Source of the DNA: the human T2T-CHM13v2.0 reference genome, Homo sapiens
Direction: 5' to 3' (one strand)
DNA: 64,000 bases
Assembly: GCF_009914755.1 (NCBI RefSeq)
Contig: NC_060936.1
A model generated the notes under the pieces. It ran no database searches and had not been told where the DNA came from. It saw only the letters and a program-made list of their open reading frames with translations. The stretch's first letter is position 1; each line of letters starts with the position of its first letter. Below are positions 55,313-64,000 of the stretch, one piece after another. A program made the translations under genes and the position numbers.

Positions 55313-56401
55313 GTGAGCACGCCAACATTTTTCACAAAAATTATGAAGGAATCACTGCAATACAACACTTATTTTCCAGAGCAAAATTTGTCCTGTTTCT
55401 TCGTTGAAGAGAAAAAGTGATTATCATTTTAAAAAAAATTGTTCAGATAAGTCAAACTTATTGAGTTGAAACATTAGACAATGTGACAAAAAATGAAAAA
55501 TGTTATCCTCTACTAAAAAGTAAATTTTTGGTTCAAGATTACAAAGACTCAATTGTCCCCTGACTTCCTACTCAATAAGGAATGAGAGAAAATAGAATGT
55601 CCACTGTAACAGAAGACTTTAAAGATATGATCATTTATGAAAAAGAAATTTTCCAGAGAAATCTTCTAAGGGCATTTCAGCAAAAGAAGTATGTATTTTA
55701 ATTTCATTTTGCATACGCAATGGAGAATCGGCTTAAGAGGCAGAGGTTAAAAAAGAGAAGTTTAAACTAGTTTTGACTATTTAGCACTGCCAAAATCAAT
55801 TGCCATCTCAGACATCCTTATGATTAGTACTTCAAAATCTTGGAAGAGTTTAGAAAACTAAAAGTATTCATCTTAAGTCTCAAAAATATTATCATGTTGT
55901 GGGCAATGGTAAGAAACTCCCTAATTCTAGAACAAATTATCAATATTTAAGCCTGATCTCTTTTGTTTTTATTTGAGGAAATAAATTTTATCACAGCAGT
56001 TACTTGGGACAATTAGAGCAGGGTCACACATTAGAAGCCATATCTTTGGTTTGTTTAAATGCCACTAGTGCCTTCCTTACATAGCTTTAGGAAGTTGATG
56101 ACTATTGAGACCCTGTCTATTTTATGACTATATAATAAATTCAAAATTAAATCAATGTGAGATTCCTAATGTTCAGACTTAGAAAACTATATAGAAACTT
56201 TTAGCACTGTAATCACAATAAACATCAGGAACAAAAATAAGTTCAAAAGTGTAACTCACCCACAAGCTACACATTTCAACATTTAACATTCAACTCAGCA
56301 TTAAATGAACTTCAGTGCTCATTCATTCAATAAACATTGGTTGAATCCCATTAATAAGCAATTCTGTTTTATTTTTCTAGGAAATTTAACTTCAGCCACA
56401 T

Positions 56402-56697
56402 CAGCTTTTCCCAGAGCACATTTTGTAAACTGGTAGTCCCATAGGATTTAATTGATGGTTATATGACAAATAGATAATCAAATAAGTTTGGGAAACACTG
56501 AATTAAACAAAGTAAGTTCATTTATTGAAAAGTTCTCAAAGCTATTAAAAAACCAATGAGCATCAAGAATCTCCAGGACAGGGCTGCAGCATGCAGTACT
56601 TCCAAAACTTATTTGACCACTGAATCCCCTTTTTTTTTTTTTTTTGAGAACACCAAATAAGATTGTTGTTCCATGGAATACACTTTGAAAAGTGCTG
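56402..56697. mobile_element. MER103C-like hAT-Charlie element
   Basis: Imperfect TIRs CAGCTTTTCCCA / TGAAAAGTGCTG; internal inverted motifs TCAAATAAGTTTGGGAA / TTCCAAAACTTATTTGA. Confidence 0.75.
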
Positions 56698-57374
56698 AAT
56701 TCTACTCTTCTAGATAATGCTTACATTAGGTAATTCTTGTAAATATTATCTAGAGTTGACACTGTCCTTACATTTGTTCAAAATTATTAAATCACTTCAT
56801 TTAAACAGAAAATGACTAGTTAGACATTAAAGACCATCACATAGCTGATTGAACCATCATCCCCTTGAGACCAAATTTAAAGAACTACTTGACAATGTGC
56901 TCAAATAGTCCATTATCAGGTATTTATAAACAGAGGGGAAAGCAAGAAGAAAAAATTGATTGATGAATGTTTTCATTACCCATATTGTATCATATAGATG
57001 CAGGCAATGCTAACCCAATCTCAGGGGTTCCCACAATGATACTGAAACAATATCTATAAATGACAAGAAGTTGCAGTTTCCCCAGAAAACCAATTCAGCT
57101 AGAGCAGGAGTTGCTCACGTTTTGTGAGAAGGAGCCAATCTTGATCTCCCTTCAAGGCTCTAAGGAGTCAACAGGATTGAGACTCTGACAGGGAAGAATA
57201 CAAAATGAGCTCAGCAGCAGCAGCCCTCTCCACTCAGTGGGAGAGAAGGAAGAGATGTCAGCCGACTTATCTTCCTTACCAGCAGGGAGCACAATACAAA
57301 AGAAAAGGTGATAGCACAGTGTCTCTAGTTAATGACGGTGTGAAATTATCAAGGCCTGCTGGCCACCAAACCAG

Positions 57375-57600
57375 AATACCTTCTCAATGAAGCCTACCCT
57401 GACCACCCCATTAATACGTCAACCTGCCCTTTCCCAGCTCAGGGAACTCCTACCTACCTTGTCTCACATTTTTCTACAACTCAGGTTACAACCTAACACA
57501 TTGTATAATTTGCATATTTATCATGCCTAATGTTTATTGTCAGTTTCCCCCACAATTTAAGCTATACGATGGCTGCATAAATATTCATTGAATTAATGAA
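57375..57600 (+). mobile_element. L2 fragment
   Basis: CCTTCTCAATGAAGCCTACCCTGACCACCC...TTTATTGTCAGTTTCCCC. Confidence 0.65.
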
Positions 57601-57929
57601 GAAAAATAAATGCTCAAAACTTTGGTCCCAGGAAAGTTTCACTTACATGCTTTCTGAAGATGTCCATCCCGACAGTGCCTGCCTCTGCCTGCACATTTCC
57701 CTAAGAGAGAAAAGAAGAATGGAGGAGACAGCTGAGACTTCTGCTCCTCCTCCACCACCACCACCTCCCCCCAGCCCTGACCCACTTCCATGTGCTGAAG
57801 CCATTGTCTGCTATTACCCTTACCGTTCCACTATTTACCCCCTTAATCAAAAAACATTAAAAGGACGAGGAGGACAGAAGTCCCTCTTCTGACAGTGTTC
57901 TCTAATCACCTGTGAAGTAGAACACAGTT

Positions 57930-58821
57930 GCAGCCTAACTCTGTTCAGTCCTCACTGGACGCCCCGCATCTATACCTCCCTTCGGTCTATTCTCCACACA
58001 TCAGCCAGAGTGGTCCTCTGAAACATAAGTCAGATCACATCACTTCTCAGGTCAAATGGCCCCTATTTCTCTCAAAGCAAAAACCAAAGTCTTCACAGTT
58101 GTCTACAAGACCCTATATAATCTGGCCTTCTGTTCCCTCTCAAATCTCTTTTCCAGTTACTATCCACCCCCCTACCCTCACTCCACTCCAACCTCCTCAC
58201 TGTCTGTCAAACATGCTAGTGTGCTCTCAGCCCAGGGCCTTTGCACCAGCTATTTGTTGGCCTCGAATGCTCTCTTCTCAGCAAATATCCACATGGCTCA
58301 CACCATCACATCCTTCAAAGTTTTGCTCAGGTGCCACCTCATCAGAGAGGCCTTCCCTAATCTCCCTACTGAATACCACAACCTTGTCCCTGGCTGTCCC
58401 CACCATGTGCTCGCTGTATCTTACCCTGCTCCATCGTCTCCTTACTTATCACACATAATTTACTTACAGCACATAACTTAGTATGTTTGTTGCCTATCTT
58501 CCCCACTAAATTATTATTATTATTATCATCATTATTATTTAGAGACGGGGTCTTACTCTGTCAACCAGGCTGGAGTGCAGTGGTGCAATCATAGCTCACT
58601 GCAGCCTTGATCTCCTGGGCTTAAGCCATCCTCCTGCCTTCGGCTCCCAAGTGGCTAAGACTACAGTCACAAGCCTAACATTTAAAAAGAGAGAGAGAGA
58701 AAGAAACTTCACCTTCAGGAAAGCAGGGAATGTTTGTAATTTTTCTTCACTTTTTCATCCCTAAGGCCTGAAATATTATCTAGCACATAGTGAATGCTCA
58801 ACAAATACTTGTTGAATGAAT
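57930..58821 (+). mobile_element. L2a 3' region, interrupted by an Alu monomer
   Basis: CAGCCAGAGTGGTCC...TAAGTCAGATCA...CAGGGCCTTTGCAC...GCACATAGTGAATGCTCAACAAATACTTGTTGAATGAAT. Confidence 0.85.
58510..58676 (-). mobile_element. AluJ right arm / FRAM
   Basis: GAGACGGGGTCTTACTCTGTC...ATCATAGCTCACTGCAGCCTTGA; tail decayed to (ATT)n. Confidence 0.85.
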
Positions 58822-59010
58822 AAAGAGTGGTTAAAACAATGGATTTTGGTTACACAGTTCTGGATTTTTATCCCACCTGTACCGTAATCTTTGGCAAATT
58901 TTGAAAGTTCTCTGAACCCCGATTTCTTCATCTGTGAGATAAGGATAACAATACCCAATTCATAGAGTGCAATGCCTTGTATATCAAATAAATGGAGGCC
59001 ATTATTATGC
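58822..59010 (+). mobile_element. MIR
   Basis: GTGGTTAAAA...TCTCTGAACCCCGATTTCTTCATCTGTGAGATAAGGATAACAATACC. Confidence 0.7.
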
Positions 59011-59612
59011 AATGTGGACCTTCTGGAAGCAGAATATGAGAGCAAATGTGCAGTTATACATGTTGGGGTGGATTTTTGTTATGTTGGGAGATAGAAAATG
59101 AAGACAGAATGTACTCAAGTTCCCATGCAGCTCTAAGTATGTACCTGTAAAATCAACATGGATTAAGGACAAAAATGGACACAATGTAACCAAAGTGATC
59201 TCCTACGTAGTTGATCTGATAAATAATGCAGGCAACAGTAATTAAAACAGCTGACCAATTTGATGGTTTCAAGATAAAAGAGTTGCTTTATGGACTTCAT
59301 AAAATATGGTCAGTACACACTATAAGGTATTTTTCTTTTAAACACTTCAGAATCAATACCTCTATAGTATCTCAAGGTTATTCAGGTTGTCTCCATTTCA
59401 TGTATTCTAGAATGTCATTATTGACTTTGCACTTGACATTCTTCCCTGTGTCTGTTAGACTGGCCTTGGCAGCAAAGAAAGGCCATATGGTGCCCATCCA
59501 TATGGATAGGCTGGCTGGATTTTAGAATCTTATTCCCTACTGATGTTCCTGTTGTGTGAACAGAATAACTTCTATTTAAGAGTAAAACATGTGGGATTCC
59601 AGCCTTGCATAT

Positions 59613-60095
59613 TGTATCAGTTAGAAAATGTGCTCAATTGTGAGGAGCAGAGACCTGAAAACAGGGCTTAAACACACTAGATGTGGTACAGGGGCTCTGC
59701 AACCTCATTGTAGACTTTCCATCCCTCTTCTCTGACATCTTTGAGTTGTGACTTCTTTCCTCAAGGCTGCCTCATACATATAAAGTGGCTACTAGAACTC
59801 CAAACGGCATTTTCTCATTCCTAGTAGGAAGAAGGGAAAACACAAGGAACAAAAGGAGCATGCCAGCTGAGTCATTGCCTATTTTTAAGGAGCATTACCA
59901 GAAGACACACCCAACAACTTATGTTTGCATCTCATTGGCTAGGATTTAGTCTTATGCACCTCTCATCTTCTAGGAATCCTGGGAAATCTAGTATATTTTA
60001 GGTAAGCAAACTACTTCTCCAATAAAATCAACATTCTATATAAGAAAAAAGGTGATAGTCAATATTGAGTAGGTATCTCTCAGTATCTTCTCCAG
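59613..60095 (-). mobile_element. MLT1J-like MaLR LTR
   Basis: TGTATCAGTTAG...CCAGCTGAGTC...CATCTCATTGGCTAG...CTGGGAAATCTAGT...ATATTGAGTAGG. Confidence 0.75.
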
Positions 60096-60332
60096 ATAAA
60101 TACTTAATTTCTGCAATAGAGGAATCAAAAAATTATGAGCTATTGTCGTAGCTCACTAATGATTTTCTAGTTACTTTTGCACAAACCTGGAAATTAAAAT
60201 CTTTCTATTAATTCTCCAAGTGGTGATTTAGAGAAATTATTTTCTATTAAAGAAATCTTCTTTTTTAGGAAAAGAAGATTTGGTGTCTACACTGCTAGTA
60301 CTCCAGTTCAGCTTTCGCTGACCATGACTCTA

Positions 60333-60681
<349 letters not shown>

Positions 60682-62066
60682 TCCTCATTGAGCTCTGTAG
60701 AAAGAAATACCTCTCAGAACTTCATCATTAGAATCATCACTGCTACTGCAATGCTCCACAATCAAAAGCCCCTTGTGTGACCCAGAAGCTTGCCTGCCTC
60801 TTACCCCTACACAATACATGGTATAGAATTCATATTAGGGGAGTCATATATGTTTTGCATGTAGAAAACTCTCTAAGAATACTTTAAGAACTCACTGGTT
60901 CTTTCAGGTCACCAGGGAACGATTTTGGTAATTTCACCCTAGCTAACAACTTCTGTGAGTACCATTTCAAGGACTAATTTACTAAATGGTCCCTCTGTTG
61001 CCTGAAAGAGTTACAAAGTTTCACAAAGTGTCTGACTTACTCGCATGCAGTAGCCCATGTACTAAGAAGATCTGGCTTCAAAAACACATTATAGGATTCC
61101 TGTGGTTGCTAGTTATTTTCTAATACTACTTGAGGAATGGGAAAGTATGCAAGTCAACAACTTGTTCAAATGACCAAGTGCATAGTCACTTGAGACAAAG
61201 CAATGAAAAACACATTCATGCACACACACTCCCACATTTTTCCTCTCTTCCAAGTTCAATGCTTTCCTTTTGTTCTCTAAGCAAAATAGACCCCACACCC
61301 ACACAGAGAAAGGTAAGCCTTCGATTTTTGGTCTGACTTTTTTTCCTCCTTCATGGAGATGGCTCTATGGGGCTTTCAACTTGTCAGATATAATCTATTC
61401 TGGCCACACAGTCTTGAGAGCACGACAGCCACAGAATCTGTGGTGTCAGATGAAAATGTTGTAGAATGCAAGTGCAAAGCATTGCAGAGGTGATGAACAT
61501 GAGGTTCTCCCTCCCTGAGAAGGAATGAACAAGATCCGGACCTGGAAGAGCAGTTGCAAAAAATGACAGGGGCCTCTGTGGACAGAGTGTAGCCCAGAGC
61601 CTCAGCTGGCCAAGTGGACAATTCCCAAAGGCTGCAAGTCCTCACATCTCTCTGTCATTCCCACTGAGACATTTTGAAAAGAAGGTCAAATAGCCCTTCA
61701 TCAGGATATGCTGATTCAGACAGACAACTAAGCCGAGGTGGCTTTGGTGAACACACTATGGGATGAAATGAGTTCCCCTGTGGTCTGCTGCCCTGTTGCT
61801 GTTAAACTGAAACTAGAGAAGCTCAGAGTTGCTAAGAGATTGTCACATTGCTGTGGGAAGAATTTACACAATTGGCGCCCTCAGGCAAGTAGTGCTGAAT
61901 CTGTCAGTATTCAAGACTGTGTAATTTTTTCAGCTACTTCTTTATTCCAGTCTATGTGGAGCACAGCCTTTTCTCTGCACCTTCAGAGTGAGCATTTATA
62001 GCACTGCCAGTTCTGAGGAAAGACGAAGATTGGCTACCAGAAGTGTGGATTCACGGGCTGACCCCG

Positions 62067-63025
62067 GGGGCAAAACTGGGAAGAAGGCAAACTGTCAGCA
62101 CTAGGACTGTGGACAGCTCCAAGAATAGAGAAGGGGAAAAAATCTGCAAGGTGAGCCAGGGCAAAGGTAGAAGTAAGGAACTCTCCCTAGATATTAGAAG
62201 TCATGACACAGGTAGGGTCTGAAACTTGCTGAGCAGTTCAACTGCTGAGTTTGCACTAGGAATAAAGATCAGGATTAAATAGCAGGGCGACACCAAGGTG
62301 TAACATCAATGTTGCTCAATTTGCCCTTCCCTTTCTCTGGTAATCAGAGAATCAATATCCATAGCCCCAGCTGAGGGAGCAGGGTGATCATGTGAGTTAC
62401 ATACCTTTGCCACAGATCATTGGATCAGAAGAACATCTGACTCAAATGCAACCAATTCATTAGCTGACTGGAGATGCATCTGATCCACTCTCTCGAGAAT
62501 TTAATATAAAAGATATACTAATTGCAGCTACTCAGATAGTGCTGGACACTAGATCTCGAAAGCCACAGAGATTAAGCACCAGTCAACACCACAACAACTC
62601 AAAGTCACATGCAATCCAGGGTCATGAAGGAGCAGAAACTAAGAGCCTTCAAAAGAAGCTGGTGTGGGAAAGAACAAAGAAGATATGCAGAGAGTGGCAA
62701 AGATGAGACACCATGTGATCCAAGAGGGAAAGGAAAATGGGTAGATTACCTGTCTGACAGCTTTCAGGTTCTCAAGAGATCTTGTGGTTATTCTTTCAGT
62801 CGGGATCTCTGAGATCTCCTACATCTTTGTAATCTAACCAGGAAATCCTAATCCTGCAAGGTCCCCCACAGTCAGCATACATCTCATTGTTGTAATTGGC
62901 CAGTTGTTCCAGATTCTTTGGACTGCAAAGGTCAGGAGACACACTCTAGGGGAAACACTGGGAAGAAGACCAACTGTCAGCACTAGGACTGTGGATAGCT
63001 GCAAGAATAGAGAGGGAAAACATCT
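62067..63025 (+). repeat. Dispersed ~78-bp direct duplication (62067-62145 and 62949-63025)
   Basis: 57-bp core ACTGGGAAGAAG...CTGTCAGCACTAGGACTGTGGA...CAAGAATAGAGA with 4 mismatches; offset 882 bp. Confidence 0.92.
62299..62830 (+). mobile_element. Ancient ERVL-type LTR (LTR16/33/79-like), subfamily uncertain
   Basis: GCCACAGATCATTGGATCAG...TGACTCAA...CCAAT and CTCTCTCGAGAATTT motifs resemble old ERVL LTRs. Confidence 0.4.
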
Positions 63026-63620
63026 CCCCTAAGAACGAGTGAGTTATCATACAGATACTCATGAACTCGGTTCAAGGCCAGAGAAATGTCTGGGAACCAA
63101 GACAGGTTAAGAACAAGCTGCTCTTTATCTCCTTGTCTTGCTCAGAGCCTTCACAATCTCTCTCTGATAATGTCTCTGCCCCTCTCTGCTGCCTCTCTAT
63201 ACCAATTGGTTTATTCTTTCCCCCCATTCTGTGTAGCTTTCCTCTACTTCAAAGCTTCTGCTCTCTCATAGCTTTTACTTTTTCATAACTTCAGCCTGTT
63301 GTGACCCCCTCATAGCCCTACCTTACCTCATAGCTTCTCGTTATAGTTTCCTTCTACTTCAGATCCCACTGCTAACTGAATTTTCAAGTTCAGCTTCAAA
63401 AAAGGGAATATGATCAGCCCTGCTCATCATTTTGCACCAGGTCATGGGCTGCTGGCCAGTCTTTGATTTGACTATTCTTAGATCAACACTCACCCCTTAT
63501 ACAACCAGCTCCAGTGAGTAGGGCAGGTTCACATAGTACAAAACATAGCAATTTAGGACTATCCATTCAGAAGAGGTTATGAGCGTGGCAGACAATTTGA
63601 CCAACACATTTGATATTCCA
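62905..63620 (-). mobile_element. Ancient ERVL-type LTR relic, subfamily uncertain
   Basis: ATTCTTTGGACTGCAAAG start and GAATATGATCAGCCC...CCAGCT...GGGCAGGTTCACATAGTACAAAACAT motifs. Confidence 0.35.
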
Positions 63621-63839
63621 ACCTCTCCTTATCACAAATATGCTTAAGATATTGTCCTCTGTTTTCAAAAAAATTATGTAATAAGGCAATCTATCCTGTA
63701 ATATTAGCAATTATGTTTTAATTTTTTATCTTCTTCTTTTACTTTTTGGAAGTTTCCAAATTTTCCATAAGTAATATGTCCTAATTTTACAGATATATTC
63801 AGAAATATTACATTAACTATTAAGAAAACAGATATAGCA

Positions 63840-63937
63840 TCATTTATACAACAAATGTATGGTGTGCAACAACCATGTACCATGCTAGATGCCATAAATA
63901 CAGCAGTTAACAATGAAGGATCTCTTGTCATGGAACA
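63840..63937 (-). mobile_element. L2 3' fragment
   Basis: CATTTATACAACAAATGTAT...TGCTAGATGCC...ATACAGCAGTTAACAA...TCATGGA. Confidence 0.6.
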
Positions 63938-64000
63938 CAGGTGATCATATAATTTGTCAGCGAAATCAGGACACTTTTGAGAGTGAAAGCATTGCTATTA
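63938..64000 (+). mobile_element. MER81 (hAT-Blackjack), cut by window end
   Basis: GGTGATCATATAATTT...AATCAGGACACTTTTGAGAGTGAAAG...GCTATTA. Confidence 0.8.

Noticed and set aside
57596-58481. Poly-proline ORF (98 aa) and the 176/141-aa ORFs
   Set aside because: The poly-Pro comes from a (CCT/CCA)n simple repeat; the longer ORFs lie in an L2a relic and lack recognisable homology.
61520-61592. Protein-looking stretch NEQDPDLEEQLQKM
   Set aside because: The frame is closed by nearby stops on both sides and lacks convincing splice sites.

Overview
Human genomic DNA: a near-consensus AluYb8 and an L1HS Ta-1 insertion, both human-specific, fix the species. The window is AT-rich and I found no CpG island, protein-coding exon, RNA gene or processed pseudogene, so it is intergenic or deep intronic; I could not name the locus. 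A large fraction is interspersed repeats: about 15 Alus, a near-full-length old L1MA (~31.5-38.8 kb), HAL1/L1MC/L1ME/L2/MIR relics, many MaLR solo LTRs and hAT DNA-transposon relics, often nested. All listed ORFs are repeat-derived or chance ORFs; the only real protein homology is to L1 ORF1/ORF2. I found no evidence of a new biological system. The most notable signals are mutational scars. These are an apparent L1 3'-transduction carrying a MER33 fragment, two young and possibly polymorphic insertions, and an AluY that seems to have lost its 3' end by microhomology-mediated deletion. There are also three short duplications with inverted-templated junctions, a 115-bp tandem duplication and a ~78-bp dispersed duplication. 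A few repeat-free, motif-rich blocks may be enhancers. Repeat subfamily names come from my recall of consensus sequences, not from a search, and boundaries of old elements are approximate (tens of bp).
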